64,000 nucleotides of DNA from Epiperipatus broadwayi. Taxonomy: Eukaryota; Animalia; Onychophora. Shown here piece by piece: positions 40,077 through 53,750 of this stretch. How positions within the stretch are numbered: the stretch's first letter is position 1; each line of letters starts with the position of its first letter. The notes below the pieces were generated by a model. The model saw only the letters and a list, made by a program, of their open reading frames with translations, did not search any database and had not been told where the DNA came from. The stretch lies in contig JAQFVV010000008.1 in the NCBI GenBank assembly GCA_028023455.1, positions 7,316,001 through 7,380,000 of the forward strand, written 5' to 3'. Both the position numbers and the translations under genes were made by a program.

Positions 40077-41858
40077 GTACATTTGTGGCACCTGACCGCT
40101 TGATGGTGCTGCTTTTCACCGAACGGTTCCCGGACCGACATTGCTACGGTTAAAAAAATTTTTATTTTATTTATACTACCATAGACTTGTTTTTTAATAA
40201 AGACTTCCTTTTAGGAAACACTTTTATATGGGTGGGGGGTTACTTTTTAATAATCAACTTTTTTTTAACACTTTTCTATAATAGTACAGCCGTAAATTTT
40301 GTCTCTTAAACATTTATGCGCTACTGCAGAGTTCTTTCTGAATTTTTTTATTTTTTAGTAAAGCCTTTTTTAACTTTACTTTTTTTTTCGGTTTGCTTTG
40401 TAATATCTAAAAAACAACAATTTACGAATGTTGACATTTATTTGTTGACTTTTTTTTGATTATGGGGTTTGGTTTGCTTTTTAATAATCTAAACAACAAG
40501 AATTTCCCATGGAATAATTTTGACATTTATTTAATAAGAAATAAACTAATGTTCTTACATTTAAAAACCAAAAATTTATTTTCACAACAAATCAAAAGTA
40601 TTTTGCGGAGAAAAAGAAGCACGCAAATTAAAATAAATCCGAAAACTAAAAAACAGTCACACAGGTTTATCTCACCTAGTATAGCCTGGTCTCTCTATGT
40701 TCTTGGTGTGGGCACCTGTGGCAGGGTCATCAAAGTGGTACCAGTGGTTTACGGTCAAGTGGGAAAAGCCTGCAGCCTCCATGTTGGTTGTCCTATATCC
40801 TTTCCAGAAATCGCTGTAGTTGGTGGTTCCAAGCTGGATGTTGTCACGTATGGCCTCGATGAGTGTGGCTGCGGAGTGAGAGGTACCGCCACAGTAAAAC
40901 ATTCACCCATTTCACGACACACACCACTGAACAGCCATTGCTGCTGCAACAAACTGCTCTTGTGGTTTTTCCTCCAACTGAAGGGTGTCTCATCGACCCC
41001 CACAATCTTATCAGACCACCTACTCAACAACAGGGCATGAGATGAGGCTCTCCCGGCAAAGTTTGGATAAACCGGTGTTCCAGTTGATGAGGGCCCCTCT
41101 GGAAAGGTCCAGTTTGGCCACACCATGTTCCACTGTCAGTTTGTCATGACTCCAATAATATACAAGCTGCAAGGAACAGTATTTTGAAGCTGTTGAACCA
41201 AGTGTTCTTGTGAAGATTACAGGTATGCTTTCAGGAGTGGCATCTGGATTGTCACCTCCTGTAATTCACTAATACCATGTTTTTACCACACCCACATAGC
41301 TTCAAATCTGGCAGGATGTTTTTGGCCTGAAAAAATGCCACAGTGTTAGCTTTTGTGGCCGGCTATTCAATAAACTTATACTATTTGGCTTCACTGTCCA
41401 CCATTTTATTGTTCTCACACATATTCACGTGAAAACATGGATTTTCACTTGAGCTCGGTCGAACATAGCTTTTCACCATAACCTTTTGAAGTTGTGTGCA
41501 GTTACAAATCGTATGGAAGCATTGGTGATGGGCTGACAATTTTTACTATGTACTACTACTTCGACTATGGTTTAAGACAATTATTCAAGAATGCATATGT
41601 TAAGAGTTTCACATACTTAAAATATGGCAACCATCAAATCATACCATAGTGATCTGACAATTGTGTTCACTTGAGAAATACCATCGCAAGATAGTGGGCG
41701 TAGTATTTTGTTATGTACGCATGAAAATTATCACCATCTCAGGCAGCCTGTTATTCCTACAACAATGATGCTGTAAGTTAGACCACACAAAATGGTATAT
41801 CGATGTGCATTTGCCATAAAAGCAGTGCCATCTAAGCGGTCAGATGCCGCAAATGTAC
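40077..41858 (-). mobile_element. Merlin (IS1595/ISXO2-like) DNA transposon with decayed transposase
   Basis: About 40-bp imperfect TIRs (40077-40116 and 41818-41858, gtacatttg(t/c)ggca(c/t)ctgaccgctt...ctgctttt). Minus-strand frames give KIVGVDETPFSWRKNHK..QQWLFSGVCREMGECF and ATLIEAIRDNIQLGTTNYSDFWKGY..HLTVNHWYHFDDPATGAHTKNIE. No TSD seen. Confidence 0.92.
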
Positions 41859-42584
41859 CAGTACCATATTTTTAAATAACATAATAAACTTACATATTTT
41901 TCTAAAATCTAATCAAAGTTTAAAGAAACCTCATCTTTATGCACTAAAGCTGCATTTTATTTAAAAGCTATAGGAAAACCAAAGAGCCAATTTATAATAA
42001 AATACAGAGCCAGCCTAAGAAAAAAATCAGGTCTCATTGCAAAGTTTTCATGTGGATGGAGGGTCTTTTACTTGTGCTAAAAATCCAAATATTTTCAAAA
42101 AAAAATATCTTATTTAAAGATATAGATGTTTTGCTTTACAATTATTATAAGTCAAATCAAGAATGTGTTTAATTTTGAATAAGAATTTGCTAAATAAAAA
42201 AAAACATTCAAAAAACTAAAATATAATATTTTGCATTACGTGTATTTTATTTTGTTTACTCAAAATTACATAAATTAATATTTATAATGTATAAAACAAT
42301 TACTTATTTATGATTATTTATAAGTTATAAATACAGTTTTATACAATTTTATTGAATAAATATTTGCAAAAAATAAAATAATATATATAAGGAAAAAAAA
42401 AATCTATATTTTATTTCCTTGAATGTTTTATTGCAAATCCACTAATAGCATCATCATAATTTATTCTTTTTTGTGAATTCTGATTCAATAGATTAAATTT
42501 CTAGTAAAGAAAATTATTCTTGACTTATGCTGCTTTTGACTTAGACTAGAACATTGTAATTATTTAAATCTCCACACTGTGCAT

Positions 42585-43208
42585 CCAATAAACACCATTT
42601 CTTATGCTTGCTTATAACTGTTATTAAAACAGGCAAAACTTTCCATACAGTATTGCCACTCAGTGCAAGCCAGAGTAATCAATGGATGCCAGAAGGCTTG
42701 TGCATAAAATCTCCACCTAGTGCCTACTCATACAATATCCCCAGACTAGTTTCTGGCATGGGGCCTTCATCGGTGAGGAGCCTTGGATTTAAGAGCACTG
42801 CACCTAGATCTCAGGATCTAATGCAACCCTCCAGCAGCCACCTTTTATCTCTACTTAACTACAAAACAGCGAGTCTTAAATTGAAAACACAATGTCTAAT
42901 CCAAGCTCATTAGATTATATAGTTATATAGGCCTGAACTCAGTTCAGTACCTATACATTTTATTGTCTTTGGTTCTTTAATAACCATAGCCATCACTATC
43001 CTATTAGGTAGGATTGGTTTTAAGCCAATACACATCACATTATCACCATTTCTTATGCTTGCTTATAACTTATTAAAACAGGCAAAACTCTCCATACAGT
43101 ATTGCCACTCAGTGCAAGCCAGAGTTTATGCACAAGTTTTTGGCATCTATTGATTACTCCAGCTTGCACTGAGTGGCAATACTGTATGGAGAATTTTGTC
43201 TGTTTTAA
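42585..43208. mobile_element. Family B hammerhead-bearing element: about 1.2 monomers plus inverted segment
   Basis: About 439-bp period (42632 vs 43071). Hammerhead at 42738-42779 on the minus strand with a C4 mutation (CCGATGA). Orientation flips at 43125/43126. Only a weak TSD candidate (9/12 match). Confidence 0.85.
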
Positions 43209-46200
43209 CATAGTACATCACTGAAAAATCTAGGATCATTACACAATGAGTGTTTCTACAACTGTATTACTTTGATGTAATAGGGCTTCAAATTACATAA
43301 TTTTGGCAGAAAAAAAAAAAAAAAAACATAATTAAGTTTAGCAAGTAATAAAGAATTTTATTTTTTGATATTCACAGAAAGCATAGATCATGCCGGTGTG
43401 GGGCCTTGTGCAGTTGTACCATTCACACTGCCCTCAGGCTGTCTCCAATAAAATGCATATTTAAACTTTATTTAAAAAATAATTTGCTGTTAAAATCTGC
43501 ATAATTTGAAAAATATTACTACTATATATCTGCTAATTTGAAATAGTGCTAAAAGTACTCATGCTAGAGTTAAATATTGTCTACAAAAGCAAAGATGAGA
43601 AGATAGAATTCCTTTACATAATGTGTTAAATGCTATAAATATTAAATGTATTCAAATTGCATAAAGTTTTGAAATTTTAATTTTAAAGTTCAGAACTATT
43701 CATTGTCATGTTTTTTCACTGCTGATATTTCCAAACTAATATTTTTATCTGAAATAATAAATATCTAATCAAATTTAAATTCTGAATATTTCTAGTTACT
43801 AACAACATTTCCAGAACATGTGTTTAATGAGTGGATTATCCATTGTTCGACATAAAAAAATAAAAGTAAATGAAATATTGTCTTTCTAAGTAAAAATGAG
43901 TATTTCATGTTTATTGCCCAGGAAGTGAATTTCAATATGTTTGTAGTTTCCACAGAATAATGTTAGAAATATTCATTTTGGAAAATAAAATAAAACTAAT
44001 ATAAAATTTCCTAAAAGATATTTCAAACAAAGATGGAGACTTTGTAATTTTGTTTTATATTGTGTAATGATTATGTTGACATGAATATTATATTCCAATA
44101 TATAATTCATTTACTGGATTTTATAAAATATTTATGGAAGTGTTTTTTCTATTCCATGTAAAATAATATATTTTAATTCTAAAATACATTTTGAAATTTC
44201 ATTGTTGTAACAATCATGTTGGAACAAATTTTGTTATATAAATTTCAGATTTAGAAAAATTTATTAATGCTAATTTGGAAAATACTATTTTAAAATTTAT
44301 TTGCATCACTATTAATCATAATCTTGAAATATTTTAAAGTTAAAACATTTTATTGCAAATGTTCAAAAAGTCTCTGAATATATTAAGATTTATGAAATTA
44401 ATGGGCAACTCTCAATAAGTATTTATTTCAATATTTATGAAAATATTGTTTAATACCAACTAATGCATATTTAAATTTATTACCTGATCCAATTTTATAT
44501 TTGAACATATTGGTTCAAAAAGATTCACATTAATATAATCAACTAAATTTGAAAAGAAACCAGCAATATTATATATGGGTATACAGGTAAGTCAATACCA
44601 ATATGTGCATTCTGATAAATAGAGCAGTATTAATTATTTAGTAGCAAGTGATATTACATGACAGTAATTTAGTATGCTAAATGATTTGAAAATAGTGAAA
44701 TTATTTTTCATAATTAACTGCTAGGGCTCAAATTTTGTATTGAAATTGTCTTTGTATGCTTATATAGAATATATATTAGAACAGACTTGTTTGAAATAGC
44801 CTTACTCCTCAATATATTATATGTGGGCCATATTGGCATATTAAGAACAATTTCATCTATCTATTTTTTCTATTTTGAAAGAGAATTACATTGCTATGAG
44901 TTATTGATCAGAAAACAAAAACACTGATATGTAAAGCTCTTTTCTATTCTATATCTATTACCAGACAGTATTGATTAAAAAATGAACACCAAGACAATTC
45001 TATTTCATATATTAATATATCAACACTAATTATCAGTCACTGATATAGTGAAATAGAAAGCTTGAACCATCATCCATTGAATCAAGAGTTAACTGAGATT
45101 TAAACATTCTATATTTTAAAATCATACTTATTTTAAGTACTGTAGCCAACCAATATATTTTGTACAGTTGTTCTGCAAAAGACAAACCAGACTAGTCAAT
45201 GGATGATAATTGCAACATAATTATTTTTAATAATATTTACTGAGCGTTTAATAAATTTATAATTACATAATTATTTTTGGAATCTTTTAGCACATGAATG
45301 CTATAGTGTTGGTCAATTGAATGTTTCTTGTTACATTAGGCATATATTATTCTCCGTACTATTTTATTTATTGTTCTCACCATTTTTTTCTTATATGCAA
45401 CTGCTTTTGTGTTTGAGAATATTACATTCACATCAAAATCACATAAAGTCCATTATTTAATTATAGTTTTAGTTTTTTGAATTATTTTATTCAAGTTAAA
45501 ATACTTGGCATAATTTTATAAAGGTAATATCAGTCATGGATACAGTTCAGTAATCATTCATAAATCCTAGGAATTAATTATCGACAACCCAAATTCTTTC
45601 AGCTTACTTTATGACTAGGACCATTTTGATATAAGTAATATAAATTAAGATGACTTGTTATAAATAATATAACTCTTTAATCACTCAATGTAAAATTGCT
45701 ATTATCAGTTTAATAAATATCTCAAATAATTTACCAGATGTTTAGATTTTACTATTATGAGATTATCATTCCAGTAACTGACCACTGAATGAAAGTTTCT
45801 AATAGTATTGTTCTGATGCATTGTCCATATGGGAAATAGAGCCACAAACATTACCCACAAGAAAAACAATGTGAAATATTTTAATTATAGATGTCATGTA
45901 TTTATTTCTATATTATGAAGCTACATTTTTAGGTAAACCCTCAATGGAAGTAGTAGGGATAGTTAATGAATTGACTGTTTCTATCCCTAGTCATTGCAAA
46001 CCTGATTATACTATAGAATGAGCAGGTAATATCAAAGTAATCATTTCTACAAATAATATCTCCATTTTTATGTGCAATTAATTAATATGTCTATGATTGT
46101 CATGCACAACAATTCAACATCTAGCTTTATTACACATTAGCATAATAACCCTTTTCTCATCAAACACTCCATCTTCACCTGGATAATGTCATTCATCAGT

Positions 46201-46499
46201 ATTAATCAGAATACTACTTAGAACTGCTCTATGTTTCATTTAAAAAATTGTTATTTTAATATGGGGCTATGATAAATATAACCTACATAAAAAACAACCT
46301 CTGCATATAGATATCTACATTAAAATGTCATTTTCAATATGAGGATTTTATAAAGAAGGACTATGATGAATACGATTTTACATAAAAGTCTTGAAAAGAT
46401 ACACCCCTGTTTATATCTGCTCTAAACATTACTCATATAAAAGCTTCAGTGAATACCTCCATTTCATAAGAAATCAAAAATAACTACAAATCATGGAGC

Positions 46500-48000
46500 T
46501 CTTATGAAAGCAACAAATGAACAATTTTGCTTCAATAAATTTAAAATATGACAAATACAAAGAAGACTTTTAAAGGTAAAAATAAAATATTCACAGGTGA
46601 TACTAATGGTAATAAATTAATATAGCATTAACATTAATCCTGTAAATTATCAAGAACTAATAGGCAGAGAAGTCATGAAGTTGATTTAAGATTGACTGTT
46701 TAAAGAAATTAAAATATATAATAACAATGAAATCTAAAGTAAAACTTATTGGAATAACAAGGAGAAATAAATTGGTAAAATTTTAATCCATTATTTATAA
46801 TTATAAAACAAGGATGGAAGATTTAAATCAACAGACTAGTGAAAATACAATGATGCAGTCTTAATAAACTAGTGAAGGTACTATAGCAGAATTGGTGGTA
46901 ATGCCAAATTCAATGGATAAGAATATAATAATAAAGATGTTAAAATCTCAATAAAAGTCAATAGTTGTTTGAAAAGATTCTGAAAAATATCCAAAACATT
47001 TAACAAGATAAACAAAAATTTCAACAAGAAATGAAATTAGATTGGCAGAAATTAAAACAAAATAATTATAAAACAGGAATCAACAAAAGTTAGAGCAAAA
47101 ATGAATTCAAGATAATAGAAAATTAGGAAATAATTTGAACAAAGTCATTAAGCATTGGTGTCAAAATTTATTATTGTCGATGTAAAATGGAAACAGGCAT
47201 GAAATAGATAGTGATTAAGATAAAGAAAACTAAATTACAAAAATAAAGAAAAGCATATAAAATTGCAGATAATTTAATTAATGATAGAAGTAGTTAAAAG
47301 AATGAATAAACATGCAGTGACAAAATTTTAAAAAAGCAATAACAAATAAATAATCTAAGCTAGATGAAATTAAAGAGAAATAAAGAAGTCAAACAAAAAA
47401 TAAAGAAGAATTACATAAAAACTTCCTAAAGAAAAAATAAATAACAAGTAACAGAGGAGAATCAAAATCAAAGCAAACTGTTGTAGTAGAAGATAAACAA
47501 ATCTTTGCAGAAATGATTGATAAATATGAAAAGCAGCAATCCAAATAGAGAATCCACTATATATATATTCTGTAAATTTTAAAGAACTGGAGCAACATGA
47601 AAACTCAAACATATATAAAACCTAATAGATAAATAAATATTCACCCAAAAGTTGAAATCAATACTTATGTATCATTCTGAAAATTTCAAACAAATTCAAA
47701 AGTAAATGGAGATGGTGAAGGGCCTCTCTGCCAAAAAAAAAAAACAAAAAAAAAACATATAAATTAAAAACAGACTAAAATCCTGAATTTTGGATAAAAT
47801 ATTTGTAAAAAAAGTAAATAAGAAAAAAGAATTTCAATCCCAGCATAATAAAAAGAAATTAAAATATGAAAAAGTGTACAAAATAAGAAAAGGGCAATAC
47901 AGGAAACAATATATAGATAGTTTTAAGCTGGAGAAAGCATGTAAAAGAAAATTGGATTATCAATTGATAATGGGCTTAGTAAGAGAATAGAATTATTCAG
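46500..48000 (+). mobile_element. Heavily decayed LINE-like (APE) remnant
   Basis: Purine-rich plus strand. KIFTGDTNG resembles GDFN and a later TYW..KI..I.IHYL resembles the APE 'TY...IDYIL' motif. No long frame. Confidence 0.25.
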
Positions 48001-48213
48001 TGAAATTTAAAAATGAATGAACAATTACAATTTCAGATCAAAAGGTATATATGAAAAAAAAAAAATTAAAAAGTGCCAAAGGGATGTAATACCCAAAACT
48101 TGAAAAAATTTGCAGACTCAATCATTAAAAACAATAATTCAGAAAGTATACTAAAACAATGATAAAAATATATGTATATATTGAAATGAATATTTTCATG
48201 GGCAAAAGAGGTT

Positions 48214-48399
48214 TTATAAATCATGATTTTGGAAGCAACCATGTTCCATAAAATAAAACTAAAGTAAATATACCAATGTTTCGATAACACTTGCCCTCTA
48301 CTTTTTTTTTCACTCAGTTGAGGGCAAGTGTTATCAAAACATTGGTGTATTTAATTTTATTTTATTGAACATGGTTGTTCCTGAAAACATGATTTATAA
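48214..48399. repeat. Inverted repeat, about 85-bp arms with 15-bp spacer, containing hammerhead-like 3' half
   Basis: 48214-48301 is the reverse complement of 48317-48399 with a few mismatches and indels. Both arms carry (C)GAAACATTGGT(A/G) pointing outward. Confidence 0.85.
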
Positions 48400-49197
48400 T
48401 ATATATATATATATGTATTATTTCAAATAGTAAAGCAAGCTACATATAAATTAATTAAGCATCATAAAGCAATAAATTGACTAGCAAATTTTAAGTTTTT
48501 TTAAAATTTATAGTTAATTTTTGATTAATTTATTTATTCAGATAAGTAACAATATTTCATAATTTATAGCAAGTAATAGTTTTGTTTAATTATAATAATC
48601 AGAAAAACTATTCAATACTAATTTCACACACAACCACAAAATAAATATACATGTGTAGGTGCATATATTTTGATTTACATAAATATTTTTAAATAAAAAT
48701 TATTTTGTTTAAGCAATTGATTTTTACATGCTTTTATTTAACTTACAAATTCTATTTGATTGTTTATTTGGTTAAAATCTTGTAACTGATTTTTAATATA
48801 TTTCTATCAAAGGATTTGCTTCAAATGTTGTGTTAGTTATCAATGATAATGTAATATTTTAGGGTTCTCTCACTGCTTGCCCAAACTAATAGTATTGGCA
48901 GGCCAAAATTAAAAACAAATTGATATTGATTTAGTAATGCACAATAGATGGCAGTATATTTTTTAAAAAAATATGAATTCATTGCATTTCATGACTAATT
49001 CATTGAAAAATGTTTGCAGTTAATTAGAATAGAAAGAAAAAAAAATTATTGACCTAAGACTTTCTTTTTTTAAAATGCTGCCTTCATGAACACAAAAGTT
49101 TTTAATGCACATATTTCATTTCAAATATTGGCAATATTGTCAGTTTTTAAATTTGAATACAAAAATCTGTCGCAAAATATATGAATGCTAAAAATAA

Positions 49198-49443
49198 TAT
49201 ATATATAAACCACTTATTTAATTCAATCAACAATGCACTAAAAAACAAAAAAAAATTTTTTCTTCAAGAACAACTTTGGTTGTTATATATTACTTAAAAT
49301 AAAACCATGGAGTGTCAATAAATAATTAAATTCAATCATTATTTCAAGTTACATATAATAATCAAAATTGTGGTGGAAGAAAAAAAATATTTTTTTTATT
49401 TTTAGTGCATTATTGATAAAATTAAATATATATTTTATATATA
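49198..49443. mobile_element. MITE-like element with about 65-bp TIRs in (TA)n context
   Basis: atatatataaa...tttaatt..atcaa.aatgcactaaaaa.aaaaaaa..tttttcttc at the left end and its reverse complement at the right end. TA flanks. Confidence 0.6.
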
Positions 49444-49899
49444 TAAGTTTAAAAATAAAACACCTGGTAGTTTTAACAAAAAATTAATTCAATTTAACCA
49501 GTTAGCTATTAGAGAAAAAAAATTAAAACTAAAAAAAATAAGTGAAAAGATTCCTATTCCTTTTTCAATTGTTCAATTTATTATTTTATTTTCAAGCAAA
49601 TTTCCATTTTTATTTCTTGTCTCTTCTCCTAGTTAAGAAAAAATATTCATCTGAATATAGTAATGTAAAAGATGAAATGGGTGAGAATTAAAATCATTTA
49701 AATTGTGTATTATAAATATTTATGTCAAAATAAAATTATTATTAATTTAATAACTATTCAAGTGATGTTTTACACTTAGTTTAAAATAAATAAACAGATG
49801 TTTAGATTCTATTTTCATGAGAGAATTGCTCGAAAGACTGACTACTAGCAGATGTTGCCTAATGATATTGATCTAGTGTATTGTGTGAAAATAAGCGAC

Positions 49900-51190
49900 A
49901 AACACATAATGTATGAAAATATTAAATCATAAGATTGTTATATATTCAAGTACTTATTTTTATGCCGTATAGATGTCTAGCTAGATATGCCATAAAATGG
50001 AAATAACCACTGAGATAACCTATTCTATTCTAGGTAATTGTAAACAGGATGGCACTCTGGAAAAACATAAAACATCAAAGTAATCATTCCTATAAATATA
50101 TATCTCCTTATTCATGTGCTCTTAATCAATATTTGTTTGGTCATCATGCATAACAATCCAACATTTTTGACTTTATTAGATAATTAGTATAATAATCATC
50201 TCCTCACTATCCATGTCATCTTACAAATACTTTATCTTCTGCATATATAATGCTATTTATCAGTATTATCCCAGGAATCACCTTGGGCCCATACAATATT
50301 AAGCTGACTAAGAGATGTACAATATCCTAATATACTTCCCTATATCTAATTTTTTTTTTTTGCAAGAAAACCATCAAATATTACAAAATATTTTTTATGT
50401 TTTGTAAAAAATTGATAAACATCTTTCAATATATATTTTTCTTTTCAAAATATCCAATAAAGTAATCCAATGTTCTCATCAAATGTCTTTTCAAAATTAA
50501 TTTAACAAATATTATTATCCTTTGTTCTTTTTACATATTTTTCAACAATAATTCTCCATATCCCAATGGTATTTCTTGAATATCAACTTAATCATGAGAA
50601 ATTTAATAGGTTATATATAAAATTGTTTTTGCATATAAATTCTAGGATCTTTGTAATATTTAATATGAAATAAAGTAAATTCAAGCTGAAATCTATTAAT
50701 TATTAATTAACAATAAATATCTTATGATGTAAATAAATTAGCATTGCAGAGTTCTAAAAAGCATGACAAAATTGTAAATGCAGTTTACTGTGATTTATTT
50801 AGAGTATGAATTTTGTTTTGTCCTTTTGTTAAAATTCACAAAAATGATAGAAGCACCTGAGAAAGATAACTAGAAGACATATTCTTGATGGTTACATTAA
50901 GTTCTTAAAAATTTCTATGATAAAGACAATGATAAACTTGGTAGTTCATAGTTTGTGCTTGACAAAAGATGTGTCAAAAGCATTTAAATTTCACTTCTGG
51001 AGAAAATAAGCACAGCAATCTTCTATGTATAATCAAATCTAACTGGCTTTATTATTGGATCTGAAAAAAAGTAAATTTTTCATCCCATAATTCTTCAGTT
51101 ATTTGAAGGGTTTATTGTCTGAACATCCAGAAAAATCTTGATTTGAGACTTGTTTTAGATAATAAAATTCTTAATAGCAAATATGATCTA
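49900..51190 (-). mobile_element. Decayed LINE RT remnant interrupted by the family A insertion
   Basis: Minus-strand traces NAFDT (KAFD-like), GSILG and IYAEDKV (YADD-like) occur in the expected order. Confidence 0.35.
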
Positions 51191-51733
51191 TATAATAATG
51201 TTTCAGACTTTCACACGACCCACCACTCTCTACTCTATCTCATGACACTGATAAACTTAAACACATATATGTTGAAAAGATGAATAATCACCAATATATG
51301 TATTTCATGCTAAACCAGCAATCATCAGTTGGTCCAGATTATCATCTCTACACATATATGCAACAAGTGCTCAGATATATTTTAAGATAGACTATCTTCA
51401 CATTTTAATAGACAGGCTTCAATTCAATCCACACTCCAAATCTTCAATCATCTATCCAATTGAAAATATGATGATTGAATGCTCAAAGGCCATCCTGAGG
51501 CCAAGATTGTTGTCACATCCATGTTGACCTAAAGTCAATCTGACCCCTTGTACAGGACATAATCCATGGGCAGATATGTCTATTATGTAATAACTGATAT
51601 ACAGGCTTATTACATACCTGTATCAATATATGTAATATATAGGATATATGAGCACAGACTTTCACATGAACCACCACTCTATCTCATGACATTGATACAC
51701 TTGAACATGTATATGTGGAAAAGATAAATAATC

Positions 51734-51777
51734 ACCAATATACATATTTCATGCTAAACCAGCAATCATCAGTTGGT
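51734..51777 (-). ncRNA. Type I hammerhead ribozyme motif A4
   Basis: GATAATC TGG ACCAA-CTGATGA-T TGCT GGTTT AGCA T-GAAA-TATGTA-TA/TTGGT GATTATT. Extended stem I with a UGG bulge. Confidence 0.75.
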
Positions 51778-52519
51778 CCAGATTATCATCTCTACACATA
51801 TATGCAATAAGTGCTCAGATATATATATATGTATTAAGATAGCCAGGTTTCAATTCACTCCACACTCCAACCATCCATCAATTGAAAATCTGATGATGAA
51901 ATGATACATTTGAGCACTTATTGCATGTATGTATAGAGATAATAATCTGGACCTACTAATGATTGCTGGTTTAGCATGAAATATGTATATTAGTGATTAT
52001 TTATCTTTTCAACATATATGTGTTCAAGTGTATCAGTGTAATGAGATAGAGTGGTGGGTCATGCAAAAGTCTGTGCTCATATACCCTATATATTACATAT
52101 ATTGATACAGGTATATAATAAGCAGGTATATCAGTTTATTACATAATAGAGCTGTCTGCCCATCCCTCGTGTATGTATTAAATAGATTATGTCCTGTATA
52201 TGAGGGGTCAGATTGACTTTAGGTCAACATGGGTGTGACAACAATCTCAGCCTCAGGATGACCTTTGAGCATTCCATCATCAGATTTTCACTTGGATGGA
52301 TGGTTGAAGAGTTGGAGTGTAGAGTGAATTGAAGCCGGTCCATTATAGTGTAAAGATTGGCTATATTAATATATATCTGAGCACTTATTATATAAGTGTA
52401 GAGATTGATAAACAGAGCAAAACTCTCCATACAGTATTGCCACCTGTGCTAAACAGAGTAATCAATGGATGCCAGAAGGCTTGTGCATAAAATCCTATCT
52501 AATGCCTACTCATCCAATA

Positions 52520-52561
52520 TCCCCAGACTAGTTTCTGGCTTGTGGCCTTCGTCAGTGAGGA
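52520..52561 (-). ncRNA. Type I hammerhead ribozyme B4
   Basis: TCCTCA-CTGACGA-A GGC CACAA GCC A-GAAA-CTAG-TC/TGGGGA. Confidence 0.8.
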
Positions 52562-52975
52562 GCTTTGGATCTGAGAGCACTGCATCTAGATCTTAGGATC
52601 TAATGCAACCCTCTAGCAACCACCTTTTATCTCTACTTAACTACTAAACTATGAGAATGAAATTGAAAACACAAAATATATTTTCAATCTAAGCTCAATA
52701 GCTTAAATAGTCATATGGGTCTGAACTCAGTTCAGCACCCATACATTTTGGTGTCTTTGGCTCTTTTACAACCATAGCCACCACTATCCTATTAGGCAGG
52801 ATTGGTGTTAAACCATTAAGCATCACATGATCACATTTCCTATACTAGCACATTAATTGTTGATAAACAGAGCAAAACTCTCCATACAGTATTGCCACCT
52901 GTGCTAAACAGAGTAATCAATGGATGCCAGAAGGCTTGTGCATAAAATCCCTATCTAATGCCTACTCATCCAATA

Positions 52976-53017
52976 TCCCCAGACTAGTTTCTGGCTTGTG
53001 GCCTTCGTCAGTGAGGA
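52976..53017 (-). ncRNA. Type I hammerhead ribozyme B5
   Basis: Identical to B4, 456 bp away. Confidence 0.8.
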
Positions 53018-53750
53018 GCTTTGGATCTGAGAGCACTGCATCTAGATCTTAGGATCTAATGCAACCCTCTAGCAACCACCTTTTATCTCTACTTAACTAC
53101 TAAACTATGAGAATGAAATTGAAAACACAAAATATATTTTCAATCTAAGCTCAATAGCTTAAATAGTCATATGGGTCTGAACTCAGTTCAGCACCCATAC
53201 ATTTTGGTGTCTTTGGCTCTTTTACAACCATAGCCACCACTATCCTATTAGGCAGGATTGGTGTTAAACCATTAAGCATCACATGATCACATTTCCTATA
53301 CTAGCACATTAATTGTTGATAAACAGAGCAAAACTCTCCATACAGTATTGCCATTAGATAGGGATTTTATGCACAAGCCTTCTGGCATCCATTGATTACT
53401 CTGTTTAGCACAGGTGGCAATACTGTATGGAGAGTTTTGCTCTGTTTATCAACAATTAATGTGCTAGTATAGGAAATGTGATCATGTGATGCTTAATGGT
53501 TTAACACCAATCCTGCCTAATAGGATAGTGGTGGCTATGGTTGTAAAAGAGCCAAAGACACCAAAATGTATGGGTGCTGAACTGAGTTCAGACCCATATG
53601 ACTATTTAAGCTATTGAGCTTAGATTGAAAATATATTTTGTGTTTTCAATTTCATTCTCATAGTTTAGTAGTTAAGTAGAGATAAAAGGTGGTTGCTAGA
53701 GGGTTGCATTAGATCCTAAGATCTAGATGCAGTGCTCTCAGATCCAAAGC

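Noticed and set aside
42608-42913. 101-aa ORF in family B, and ORFs at 4239, 4375 and 52224 in family A
   Set aside because: Not preserved across copies; the elements appear non-coding.
45400-45960. Possible decayed Penelope RT on the minus strand
   Set aside because: Similarity too faint to support by eye.
49805-49845. Hammerhead-like TTCATGA-GAG..CTC-GAAA; similar weak hits at 16000, 28940, 29860, 34560 and 51090
   Set aside because: Core mismatches plus missing stem I, II or NUH; expected by chance in AT-rich DNA.
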